Source of the DNA: Eledone cirrhosa
Lineage: Eukaryota
Assembly: GCA_964016885.1 (NCBI GenBank)
Contig: OZ024741.1
Span: forward strand, 5,766,001-5,830,000
DNA length: 64,000 nucleotides
Direction: 5' to 3'
The notes beneath the pieces are model-generated. The model ran no database searches. It was given only the letters and a program-made list of their open reading frames with translations, and was not told the DNA's origin. Both the position numbers and the translations under genes were made by a program. Position 1 is the first letter of the stretch. The number at the start of each line of letters is the position of its first letter. Shown here one piece after another: positions 7,766-22,700 of this stretch.

Positions 7766-10700
7766 TAACACTAATTACCTGACAGAGTATCTCAGATGTG
7801 AAGGTCTTACTAACATGTCACCCCTAACACTAATTACCTCACAGAATATCTCAACTGTGAAGGTCTTACTAACATGTCACCCCTAACACTAATTACCTCA
7901 ATCAATATCTCAGCTGTGAAGGTCTTACTAACATGTCACACCTAATACTAATTACCTCACAGAATATCTCAGCTGTGAAGGTCTTACTAACATGTCACCC
8001 CTAACACTAATTATCTCACAGAGTATCTCAGATGTGAAGGTCTTACTAACATGTCACCCCTAACACTAATTACCTCACAGAATATCTCAGCTGTGAAGGT
8101 CTTACTAACATGTCACCCCTAACACTAATTACCTCACAGAGTATCTCAGATGTGAAGGTCTTACTAACATGTCACCCCTAACACTAATTATCTCACAGAG
8201 TATCTCAGATGTGAACGTCTTACTAACATGTCACCCCTAACACTAATTATCTCACAGAATATCTCAGCTGTGAAGGTCTTACTAACATGTCACCCCTAAC
8301 ACTAATTACCAAACAGAATATCTCAGCTGTGAAGGTCTTACTAACATGTGACCCCTAATACTAATTATCTCACAGAATATCTCAGATGTGAAGGTCTTAA
8401 TAACATCTCACCCCTAACACTAATTACCTCACAGAATATCTCAGTTGTGAAGGTCTTACTAACATGTCACCCCTAACACTAATTATCTCACAGGATATCG
8501 CAGATGTGAAGGTCTTACTAACATGTCACCCCTAACACTAATTACCTCACACAATATCTCAGTTGTGAAGGTCTTACTAACATGTCACCCCTAACACTAA
8601 TTACCTCACAAAATATCTCAGTTGTGAAGGTCTTACTAACATGTCACCCCTAACACTAATTACCTCACAAAATATCTCAGTTGTGAAGGTCTTACTAACA
8701 TGTCACCCCTAGCATTAATTACCTCACAAAATATCTCAGATGTGAAGGTCTTACTAACATGTCACCCCTAACACTAATTACCTCACACAATATCTCAGTT
8801 GTGAAGGTCTTACTAACATGTCACCCCTAATACTAATAATCTCACAGAATATCTCAGTTGTGAAGGTCTTACTAACATGTCACCCCTAACACTAATAATC
8901 TCACAGAATATCTCAGATGTGAAGGTCTTACTAACAGGTCACCCCTAACACTAATTACCTCACACAATATCTCAGCTGTGAAGGTCTTACTAACATGTCA
9001 CCCCTAACACTAATTACCTCACAGAATATATCAACTGTGAAGGTCTTACTAACATGTCACCCCTAACACTAATTATCTCACAGAATATCTCAGCTGTGAA
9101 GGTCTTACTAACATGTCACCCCTAACGCTAATTATCTCACAGAATATCTCAGTTGTGAAGGTCTTACTAACATGTCACCCCTAACACTAATTACCTCACA
9201 CAATATCTCAGCTGTGAAGGTCTAATTAACATGTCACCCCTAACACTAATTACCTCACAGAATATCTCAACTCTGAAGGTCTTACTAACATGTCACCCCT
9301 AACGCTAATTATCTCACAGAATATCTCAGTTGTGAAGGTCTTACTAACATGTCACCCCTAACACTAATTACCTCACAGAATATCTCAACTGTGAAAGGTC
9401 TTACTAACATCTCACCCCTAACACTAATTATCTCACAGAATATCTCAGCTGTGAGGGTCTTACTAACATGTCACCCCTAACACTAATTACCTCACAGAAT
9501 ATCATAGCTGTGAAGGTCTTACTAACATGTCACCCCTAACACTAATTACCTAACAGAATATCTCAGCTGTGAAGGTCTTACTAACATGTCACCCCTAACA
9601 CTAATTACCTAACAGAATATCTCAACTGTGAAGGTCTTACTAACATGTCACCCCTAACACTAATTACCTAACAGAATATCTCAGCTGTGAGGGTCTTACT
9701 AACATGTCACCCCTAACACTAATTATCTCACAGAATATCTCAGCTGTGAAGGTCTTACTAACATGTCACCCCTAACACTAATTACCTAACAGAATATCTC
9801 AGCTGTGAAGGTCTTACTAACATGTCACCCCTAATACTAAAAATCTCACAGAATATCTCAGATGTGAAGGTCTTAATAACATGTCACCCCTAACACTAAT
9901 TACCTCACAGAATATCTCAGTTGTGAAGGTCTTACTAACATGTCACCCCTAACACTAATCATCTCACAGAATATCTCAGCTGTGAGGGTCTTACTAACAT
10001 GTCACCCCTAACACTAATTACCTCACAGAATATCATAGCTGTGAAGGTCTTACTAACATGTCACCCCTAACACTAATTATCTCACAGAATATCTCAGATG
10101 TGAAGGTCTTACTAACATGTCACCCCTAACACTAATTATCTCAGAGAATATCTCAGCTGTGAAGGTCTTACTAACATGTCATCCCTAACACTAATTACCT
10201 CACACAATATCTCAGCTGTGACGGTCTTACTAACATGTCACCCTTAACATTAATTACCTCACAGAATATCTCAGTTGTGAAGGTCTTACTAACATGTCAT
10301 CCCTAACACTAATTACATCACAGAATATCTCAGCTGTGAAGGTCTAATTAACATGTCACCCCTAACACTAATTACCTCACACAATAACTCAGATATGAAG
10401 GTCTTACTAACATGTCACCCCTAACACTAATTACCTCACAGAGTATCTTAGATGTGAAGGTCTTACTAACATGTCACCCCTAACACTAATTACCTCACAG
10501 AATATCTCAACTGTGAAGGTCTTACTAACATGTCACCCCTAACACTAATTACCTCACAGAGTATCTCAGATGTGAAGGTCTTACTAACATGTCACCCCTA
10601 ACACTAATTATCTCACAGAGTATCTCAGATGTGAAGGTCTTACTAACATGTCACCCCTAACACTAATTACCTCAGAGAATATCTCAGCTGTGAAGGTCTT

Positions 10701-13700
10701 ACTAACATGTCACCCCTAACACTAATTATCTCACACAATATCTCAGCTGTGACATTCTTACTAACATGTCACCCCTAACACTAATTACCTCACAAAATAT
10801 CTCAGTTGTGAAGGTCTTACTAACATGTCACCCCTAACACTAATTACCTCACAAAATATCTCAGTTGTGAAGGTCTTACTAACATGTCACCCCTAGCATT
10901 AATTACCTCACAAAATATCTCAGATGTGAAGGTCTTACTAACATGTCACCCCTAACACTAATTACCTCACACAATATCTCAGTTGTGAAGGTCTTACTAA
11001 CATGTCACCCCTAATACTAATAATCTCACAGAATATCTCAGTTGTGAAGGTCTTACTAACATGTCACCCCTAACACTAATAATCTCACAGAATATCTCAG
11101 ATGTGAAGGTCTTACTAACAGGTCACCCCTAACACTAATTACCTCACACAATATCTCAGCTGTGAAGGTCTTACTAACATGTCACCCCTAACACTAATTA
11201 CCTCACAGAATATATCAACTGTGAAGGTCTTACTAACATGTCACCCCTAACACTAATTATCTCACAGAATATCTCAGTTGTGAAGGTCTTACTAACATGT
11301 CACCCCTAACACTAATTACCTCACACAATATCTCAGCTGTGAAGGTCTAATTAACATGTCACCCCTAACACTAATTACCTCACAGAATATATCAACTGTG
11401 AAGGTCTTACTAACATGTCACCCCTAACACTAATTATCTCACAGAATATCTCAGTTGTGAAGGTCTTACTAACATGTCACCCCTAACACTAATTACCTCA
11501 CACAATATCTCAGCTGTGAAGGTCTTACTAACATGTCACCCCTAACACTAATTACCTCACAGAATATATCAACTGTGAAGGTCTTACTAACATGTCACCC
11601 CTAACACTAATTATCTCACAGAATATCTCAGTTGTGAAGGTCTTACTAACATGTCACCCCTAACACTAATTACCTCACACAATATCTCAGCTGTGAAGGT
11701 CTAATTAACATGTCACCCCTAACACTAATTACCTCACAGAATATCTCAACTCTGAAGGTCTTACTAACATGTCACCCCTAACGCTAATTATCTCACAGAA
11801 TATCTCAGTTGTGAAGGTCTTACTAACATGTCACCCCTAACACTAATTACCTCACAGAATATCTCAACTGTGAAAGGTCTTACTAACATCTCACCCCTAA
11901 CACTAATTATCTCACAGAATATCTCAGCTGTGAGGGTCTTACTAACATGTCACCCCTAACACTAATTACCTCACAGAATATCATAGCTGTGAAGGTCTTA
12001 CTAACATGTCACCCCTAACACTAATTACCTAACAGAATATCACAGCTGTGAAGGTCTTACTAACATGTCACCCCTAACACTAATTACCTAACAGAATATC
12101 TCAACTGTGAAGGTCTTACTAACATGTCACCCCTAACACTAATTACCTAACAGAATATCTCAGCTGTGAGGGTCTTACTAACATGTCACCCCTAACACAA
12201 ATTACCTAACAGAATATCTCAACTGTGAAGGTCTTACTAACATGTCACCCCTAACACTAATTATCTCACAGAATATCTCAGCTGTGAAGGTCTTACTAAC
12301 ATGTCACCCCTAACACTAATTACCTAACAGAATATCTCAGCTGTGAAGGTCTTACTAACATGTGACCCCTAATACTAAAAATCTCACAGAATATCTCAGA
12401 TGTGAAGGTCTTAATAACATGTCACCCCTAACACTAATTACCTCACAGAATATCTCAGTTGTGAAGGTCTTACTAACATGTCACCCCTAACACTAATCAT
12501 CTCACAGAATATCTCAGCTGTGAGGGTCTTACTAACATGTCACCCCTAACACTAATTACCTCACAGAATATCATAGCTGTGAAGGTCTTACTAACATGTC
12601 ACCCCTAACACTAATTATCTCACAGAATATCTCAGATGTGAAGGTCTTACTAACATGTCACCCCTAACACTAATTATCTCAGAGAATATCTCAGCTGTGA
12701 AGGTCTTACTAACATGTCACCCTTAACATTAATTACCTCACAGAATATCTCAGTTGTGAAGGTCTTACTAACATGTCACCCCTAACACTAATTACCTCAC
12801 ACAATATCTCAGTTGTGAAGGTCTTACTAACATGTCACCCCTAACACTAATTACCTCACAAAATATCTCAGTTGTGAAGGTCTTACTAACATGTCACCCC
12901 TAACACTAATTACCTCACAAAATATCTCAGTTGTGAAGGTCTTACTAACATGTCACCCCTAGCATTAATTACCTCACAAAATATCTCAGATGTGAAGGTC
13001 TTACTAACATGTCACCCCTAACACTAATTACCTCACACAATATCTCAGTTGTGAAGGTCTTACTAACATGTCACCCCTAATACTAATAATCTCACAGAAT
13101 ATCTCAGTTGTGAAGGTCTTACTAACATGTCACCCCTAACACTAATAATCTCACAGAATATCTCAGATGTGAAGGTCTTACTAACAGGTCACCCCTAACA
13201 CTAATTACCTCACACAATATCTCAGCTGTGAAGGTCTTACTAACATGTCACCCCTAACACTAATTACCTCACAGAATATATCAACTGTGAAGGTCTTACT
13301 AACATGTCACCCCTAACACTAATTATCTCACAGAATATCTCAGCTGTGAAGGTCTTACTAACATGTCACCCCTAACGCTAATTATCTCACAGAATATCTC
13401 AGTTGTGAAGGTCTTACTAACATGTCACCCCTAACACTAATTACCTCACACAATATCTCAGCTGTGAAGGTCTAATTAACATGTCACCCCTAACACTAAT
13501 TACCTCACAGAATATCTCAACTCTGAAGGTCTTACTAACATGTCACCCCTAACGCTAATTATCTCACAGAATATCTCAGTTGTGAAGGTCTTACTAACAT
13601 GTCACCCCTAACACTAATTACCTCACAGAATATCTCAACTGTGAAAGGTCTTACTAACATCTCACCCCTAACACTAATTATCTCACAGAATATCTCAGCT

Positions 13701-16700
13701 GTGAGGGTCTTACTAACATGTCACCCCTAACACTAATTACCTCACAGAATATCATAGCTGTGAAGGTCTTACTAACATGTCACCCCTAACACTAATTACC
13801 TAACAGAATATCTCAGCTGTGAAGGTCTTACTAACAGGTCACCCCTAACACTAATTACCTCACACAATATCTCAGCTGTGAAGGTCTTACTAACATGTCA
13901 CCCCTAACACTAATTACCTCACAGAATATATCAACTGTGAAGGTCTTACTAACATGTCACCCCTAACACTAATTATCTCACAGAATATCTCAGCTGTGAA
14001 GGTCTTACTAACATGTCACCCCTAACGCTAATTATCTCACAGAATATCTCAGTTGTGAAGGTCTTACTAACATGTCACCCCTAACACTAATTACCTCACA
14101 CAATATCTCAGCTGTGAAGGTCTAATTAACATGTCACCCCTAACACTAATTACCTCACAGAATATCTCAACTCTGAAGGTCTTACTAACATGTCACCCCT
14201 AACGCTAATTATCTCACAGAATATCTCAGTTGTGAAGGTCTTACTAACATGTCACCCCTAACACTAATTACCTCACAGAATATCTCAACTGTGAAAGGTC
14301 TTACTAACATCTCACCCCTAACACTAATTATCTCACAGAATATCTCAGCTGTGAGGGTCTTACTAACATGTCACCCCTAACACTAATTACCTCACAGAAT
14401 ATCATAGCTGTGAAGGTCTTACTAACATGTCACCCCTAACACTAATTACCTAACAGAATATCTCAGCTGTGAAGGTCTTACTAACATGTCACCCCTAACA
14501 CTAATTACCTAACAGAATATCTCAACTGTGAAGGTCTTACTAACATGTCACCCCTAACACTAATTACCTAACAGAATATCTCAGCTGTGAGGGTCTTACT
14601 AACATGTCACCCCTAACACTAATTATCTCACAGAATATCTCAGCTGTGAAGGTCTTACTAACATGTCACCCCTAACACTAATTACCTAACAGAATATCTC
14701 AGCTGTGAAGGTCTTACTAACATGTCACCCCTAATACTAAAAATCTCACAGAATATCTCAGATGTGAAGGTCTTAATAACATGTCACCCCTAACACTAAT
14801 TACCTCACAGAATATCTCAGTTGTGAAGGTCTTACTAACATGTCACCCCTAACACTAATCATCTCACAGAATATCTAAGCTGTGAGGGTCTTACTAACAT
14901 GTCACCCCTAACACTAATTACCTCACAGAATATCATAGCTGTGAAGGTCTTACTAACATGTCACCCCTAACACTAATTATCTCACAGAATATCTCAGATG
15001 TGAAGGTCTTACTAACATGTCACCCCTAACACTAATTATCTCAGAGAATATCTCAGCTGTGAAGGTCTTACTAACATGTCATCCCTAACACTAATTACCT
15101 CACACAATATCTCAGCTGTGACGGTCTTACTAACATGTCACCCTTAACATTAATTACCTCACAGAATATCTCAGTTGTGAAGGTCTTACTAACATGTCAT
15201 CCCTAACACTAATTACATCACAGAATATCTCAGCTGTGAAGGTCTAATTAACATGTCACCCCTAACACTAATTACCTCACACAATAACTCAGATATGAAG
15301 GTCTTACTAACATGTCACCCCTAACACTAATTACCTCACAGAGTATCTTAGATGTGAAGGTCTTACTAACATGTCACCCCTAACACTAATTACCTCACAG
15401 AATATCTCAACTGTGAAGGTCTTACTAACATGTCACCCCTAACACTAATTACCTCACAGAGTATCTCAGATGTGAAGGTCTTACTAACATGTCACCCCTA
15501 ACACTAATTATCTCACAGAGTATCTCAGATGTGAAGGTCTTACTAACATGTCACCCCTAACACTAATTACCTCAGAGAATATCTCAGCTGTGAAGGTCTT
15601 ACTAACATGTCACCCCTAACACTAATTATCTCACACAATATCTCAGCTGTGACATTCTTACTAACATGTCACCCCTAACACTAATTACCTCACAAAATAT
15701 CTCAGTTGTGAAGGTCTTACTAACATGTCACCCCTAACACTAATTACCTCACAAAATATCTCAGTTGTGAAGGTCTTACTAACATGTCACCCCTAGCATT
15801 AATTACCTCACAAAATATCTCAGATGTGAAGGTCTTACTAACATGTCACCCCTAACACTAATTACCTCACACAATATCTCAGTTGTGAAGGTCTTACTAA
15901 CATGTCACCCCTAATACTAATAATCTCACAGAATATCTCAGTTGTGAAGGTCTTACTAACATGTCACCCCTAACACTAATAATCTCACAGAATATCTCAG
16001 ATGTGAAGGTCTTACTAACAGGTCACCCCTAACACTAATTACCTCACACAATATCTCAGCTGTGAAGGTCTTACTAACATGTCACCCCTAACACTAATTA
16101 CCTCACAGAATATATCAACTGTGAAGGTCTTACTAACATGTCACCCCTAACACTAATTATCTCACAGAATATCTCAGTTGTGAAGGTCTTACTAACATGT
16201 CACCCCTAACACTAATTACCTCACACAATATCTCAGCTGTGAAGGTCTAATTAACATGTCACCCCTAACACTAATTACCTCACAGAATATCTCAACTCTG
16301 AAGGTCTTACTAACATGTCACCCCTAACGCTAATTATCTCACAGAATATCTCAGTTGTGAAGGTCTTACTAACATGTCACCCCTAACACTAATTACCTCA
16401 CAGAATATCTCAACTGTGAAAGGTCTTACTAACATCTCACCCCTAACACTAATTATCTCACAGAATATCTCAGCTGTGAGGGTCTTACTAACATGTCACC
16501 CCTAACACTAATTACCTCACAGAATATCATAGCTGTGAAGGTCTTACTAACATGTCACCCCTAACACTAATTACCTAACAGAATATCACAGCTGTGAAGG
16601 TCTTACTAACATGTCACCCCTAACACTAATTACCTAACAGAATATCTCAACTGTGAAGGTCTTACTAACATGTCACCCCTAACACTAATTACCTAACAGA

Positions 16701-19700
16701 ATATCTCAGCTGTGAGGGTCTTACTAACATGTCACCCCTAACACAAATTACCTAACAGAATATCTCAACTGTGAAGGTCTTACTAACATGTCACCCCTAA
16801 CACTAATTATCTCACAGAATATCTCAGCTGTGAAGGTCTTACTAACATGTCACCCCTAACACTAATTACCTAACAAAATATCTCAGCTGTGAAGGTCTTA
16901 CTAACATGTGACCCCTAATACTAAAAATCTCACAGAATATCTCAGATGTGAAGGTCTTAATAACATGTCACCCCTAACACTAATTACCTCACAGAATATC
17001 TCAGTTGTGAAGGTCTTACTAACATGTCACCCCTAACACTAATCATCTCACAGAATATCTCAGCTGTGAGGGTCTTACTAACATGTCACCCCTAACACTA
17101 ATTACCTCACAGAATATCATAGCTGTGAAGGTCTTACTAACATGTCACCCCTAACACTAATTATCTCACAGAATATCTCAGATGTGAAGGTCTTACTAAC
17201 ATGTCACCCCTAACACTAATTATCTCAGAGAATATCTCAGCTGTGAAGGTCTTACTAACATGTCACCCTTAACATTAATTACCTCACAGAATATCTCAGT
17301 TGTGAAGGTCTTACTAACATGTCATCCCTAACACTAATTACATCACAGAGTATCTCAGCTGTGAAGGTCTAATTAACATGTCACCCCTAACACTAATTAC
17401 CTCACACAATAACTCAGATATGAAGGTCTTACTAACATGTCACCCCTAACACTAATTACCTCACAGAGTATCTTAGATGTGAAGGTCTTACTAACATGTC
17501 ACCCCTAACACTAATTACCTCACAGAATATCTCAACTGTGAAGGTCTTACTAACATGTCACCCCTAACACTAATTACCTCACAGAGTATCTCAGATGTGA
17601 AGGTCTTACTAACATGTCACCCCTAACACTAATTATCTCACAGAGTATCTCAGATGTGAAGGTCTTACTAACATGTCACCCCTAACACTAATTATCTCAC
17701 AGAATATCTCAGCTGTGAAGGTCTTACTAACATGTCACCCCTAACACTAATTACCTAACAGAATATCTCAGCTGTGAAGGTCTTACTAACATGTGACCCC
17801 TAATACTAATTATCTCACAGAATATCTCAGATGTGAAGGTCTTAATAACATGTTACCCCTAACACTAATTACCTCACAGAATATCTCAGTTGTGAAGGTC
17901 TTACTAACATGTCACCCCTAACACTAATTACCTCACAAAATATCTCAGTTGTGAAGGTCTTACTAACATGTCACCCCTAACACTAATTACCTCACAAAAT
18001 ATCTCAGTTGTGAAGGTCTTACTAACATGTCACCCCTAGCATTAATTACCTCACAAAATATCTCAGATGTGAAGGTCTTACTAACATGTCACCCCTAACA
18101 CTAATTACCTCACACAATATCTCAGTTGTGAAGGTCTTACTAACATGTCACCCCTAACACTAATTATCTCACAGAATATCTCAGATGTGAAAGGTCTTAC
18201 TAACATGTCACCCCTAACACTAATTACCTCACAGAATATCTCAGTTGTGAAGGTCTTACTAACATGTCACCCCTAACACTAATTATCTCACAGAATATCT
18301 CAGATGTGAAAGGTCTTACTAACATGTCACCCCTAACACTAATTACCTCAGAGAATATCTCAGCTGTGAAGGTCTTACTAACATGTCACCCCTAACACTA
18401 ATTATCTCACACAATATCTCAGCTGTGACGGTCTTACTAACATGTCACCCCTAACACTAATTACCTCACAAAATATCTCAGTTGTGAAGGTCTTACTAAC
18501 ATGTCACCCCTAACACTAATTACCTCACAAAATATCTCAGTTGTGAAGGTCTTACTAACATGTCACCCCTAGCATTAATTACCTCACAAAATATCTCAGA
18601 TGTGAAGGTCTTACTAACATGTCACCCCTAACACTAATTACCTCACACAATATCTCAGTTGTGAAGGTCTTACTAACATGTCACCCCTAATACTAATAAT
18701 CTCACAGAATATCTCAGTTGTGAAGGTCTTACTAACATGTCACCCCTAACACTAATAATCTCACAGAATATCTCAGATGTGAAGGTCTTACTAACAGGTC
18801 ACCCCTAACACTAATTACCTCACACAATATCTCAGCTGTGAAGGTCTTACTAACATGTCACCCCTAACACTAATTACCTCACAGAATATATCAACTGTGA
18901 AGGTCTTACTAACATGTCACCCCTAACACTAATTATCTCACAGAATATCTCAGCTGTGAAGGTCTTACTAACATGTCACCCCTAACGCTAATTATCTCAC
19001 AGAATATCTCAGTTGTGAAGGTCTTACTAACATGTCACCCCTAACACTAATTACCTCACACAATATCTCAGCTGTGAAGGTCTAATTAACATGTCACCCC
19101 TAACACTAATTACCTCACAGAATATCTCAATTCTGAAGGTCTTACTAACATGTCACCCCTAACGCTAATTATCTCACAGAATATCTCAGTTGTGAAGGTC
19201 TTACTAACATGTCACCCCTAACACTAATTACCTCACAGAATATCTCAACTGTGAAAGGTCTTACTAACATCTCACCCCTAACACTAATTATCTCACAGAA
19301 TATCTCAGCTGTGAGGGTCTTACTAACATGTCACCCCTAACACTAATTACCTCACAGAATATCATAGCTGTGAAGGTCTTACTAACATGTCACCCCTAAC
19401 ACTAATTACCTAACAGAATATCTCAGCTGTGAAGGTCTTACTAACATGTCACCCCTAACACTAATTACCTAACAGAATATCTCAACTGTGAAGGTCTTAC
19501 TAACATGTCACCCCTAACACTAATTACCTAACAGAATATCTCAGCTGTGAGGGTCTTACTAACATGTCACCCCTAACACAAATTACCTAACAGAATATCT
19601 CAACTGTGAAGGTCTTACTAACATGTCACCCCTAACACTAATTATCTCACAGAATATCTCAGCTGTGAAGGTCTTACTAACATGTCACCCCTAACACTAA

Positions 19701-22700
19701 TTACCTAACAGAATATCTCAGCTGTGAAGGTCTTACTAACATGTGACCCCTAATACTAAAAATCTCACAGAATATCTCAGATGTGAAGGTCTTAATAACA
19801 TGTCACACCTAACACTAATTGTCTCACAGAATATCTCAGTTGTGAAGGTCTTACTAACATGTCACCCCTAACACTAATCATCTCACAGAATATCTCAGCT
19901 GTGAGGGTCTTACTAACATGTCACCCCTAACACTAATTACCTCACAGAATATCATAGCTGTGACGGTCTTACTAACATGTCACCCCTAACACTAATTATC
20001 TCACAGAATATCTCAGATGTGAAGGTCTTACTAACATGTCACCCCTAACACTAATTATCTCAGAGAATATCTCAGCTGTGAAGGTCTTACTAACATGTCA
20101 TCCCTAACACTAATTACCTCACACAATATCTCAGCTGTGACGGTCTTACTAACATGTCACCCTTAACATTAATTACCTCACAGAATATCTCAGATGTTAA
20201 GGTCTTACTAACATGTCATCCCTAACACTAATTACATCACAGAATATCTCAGCTGTGAAGGTCTAATTAACATGTCACCCCTAACACTAATTACCTCACA
20301 CAATAACTCAGATATGAAGGTCTTACTAACATGTCACCCCTAACACTAATTACCTCACAGAGTATCTTAGATGTGAAGGTCTTACTAACATGTCACCCCT
20401 AACACAAATTACCTCACAGAATATCTCAACTGTGAAGGTCTTACTAACATGTCACCCCTAACACTAATTACCTCACAGAGTATCTCAGATGTGAAGGTCT
20501 TACTAACATGTCACCCCTAACACTAATTATCTCACAGAGTATCTCAGATGTGAAGGTCTTACTAACATGTCACCCCTAACACTAATTATCTCACAGAATA
20601 TCTCAGCTGTGAAGGTCTTACTAACATGTCACCCCTAACACTAATTACCTAACAGAATATCTCAGCTGTGAAGGTCTTACTAACATGTGACCCCTAATAC
20701 TAATTATCTCACAGAATATCTCAGATGTGAAGGTCTTAATAACATGTTACCCCTAACACTAATTACCTCACAGAATATCTCAGTTGTGAAGGTCTTACTA
20801 ACATGTCACCCCTAACACTAATTACCTCACAAAATATCTCAGTTGTGAAGGTCTTACTAACATGTCACCCCTAACACTAATTACCTCACAAAATATCTCA
20901 GTTGTGAAGGTCTTACTAACATGTCACCCCTAGCATTAATTACCTCACAAAATATCTCAGATGTGAAGGTCTTACTAACATGTCACCCCTAACACTAATT
21001 ACCTCACACAATATCTCAGTTGTGAAGGTCTTACTAACATGTCACCCCTAACACTAATTATCTCACAGAATATCTCAGATGTGAAAGGTCTTACTAACAT
21101 GTCACCCCTAACACTAATTACCTCACAGAATATCTCAACTGTGAAAGGTCTTACTAACATGTCACCCCTAACACTAATTACCTCACAGAATATCTCAGCT
21201 GTGAAGGTCTTACTAACATGTCACCCCTAACACTAATTACCTCACAGAATATCTCAGCTGTGAAGGTCTTACTAACATGTCACCCCTAACACTAATTACC
21301 TCACAGAATATCTCAGCTGTGAAGGTCTTACTAACATGTCACCCCTAACACTAATTACCCCACAGAATATCTCAGCTGTGAAGGTCTTACTAACATGTCA
21401 CCCCTAGCATTAATTACCTCACAAAATATCTCAGATGTGAAAGGTCTTACTAACATGTCACCCCTAACACTAATTACCTCACAGAATATCTCAGCTGTGA
21501 AGGTCTTACTAACATGTCATCCCTAACACTAATTACCTCACAGAATATCTCAGCTGTGAAAGTCTTACTAACATATCACCCCTAACACTAATTATCTCAC
21601 AGAATATCTCAGCTGTGAAGGTCTTACTAACATGTCATCCCTAACACTAATTATCTCACAGAATATCTCAGCTGTGAAGGTCTTACTAACATGTCACCCC
21701 TAACACTAATTACCTCAGAGAATATCTCAGCTGTGAAGGTCTTACTAACATGTCACCCCTAACACTAATTATCTCACACAATATCTCAGCTGTGACGGTC
21801 TTACTAACATGTCACCCCTAACACTAATTACCTCACACAATATCTCAGTTGTGAAGGTCTTACTAACATGTCACCCCTAACACTAATTACATCACAGAAT
21901 ATCTCAGCTGTGAAGGTCTAATTAACATGTCACCCCTAACACTAATTACCTCACACAATATCTCAGATGTGAAGGTCTTACTAACATGTCACCCCTAACA
22001 CTAATTACCTCACAGAGTATCTTAGATGTGAAGGTTTTACTAACATGTCACCCCTAACACTCATTACCTCACAGAATATCATAGCTGTGAGTGTCTTACA
22101 AACATGTCACCCCTAACACTAATTACCTCACAGAATATCATAGCTGTGAAAGGTCTTACTAACATCTCACCCCTAACACTAATTACCTCACAGAATATCA
22201 TAGCTGTGAGGGTCTTACTAACATGTCACACGTAACACTAATTACCTCACAGAATATCATAGCTGTGAAGGTCTTACTAACATGTCACCCCTAACACTAA
22301 TTATCTCACAGAATATCTCAGCTGTGAAGGTCTTACTAACATGTCACCCCTAACACTAATTACCTAACAGAATATCTCAACTGTGAAGGTCTTACTAACA
22401 TGTCACCCCTAACACTAATTACCTCACAGAATATCTCAGCTGTGAAGGTCTTACTAACATGACACCCCTAACACTAATTACCTCACAAAATATCTCAGCT
22501 GTGAGGGTCTTACTAACATGTCACCCCTAACACTAATTACCTAACAGAATATCTCAGCTGTGAAGGTCTTACTAACATGTCACCCCTAACACTAATTACC
22601 TAACAAAATATCTCAGCTGTGAGGGTCTTACTAACATGTCACCCCTAACACTAATTACCTAACAAAATATCTCAGATGTTAAGGTCTTACTAACATGTCA

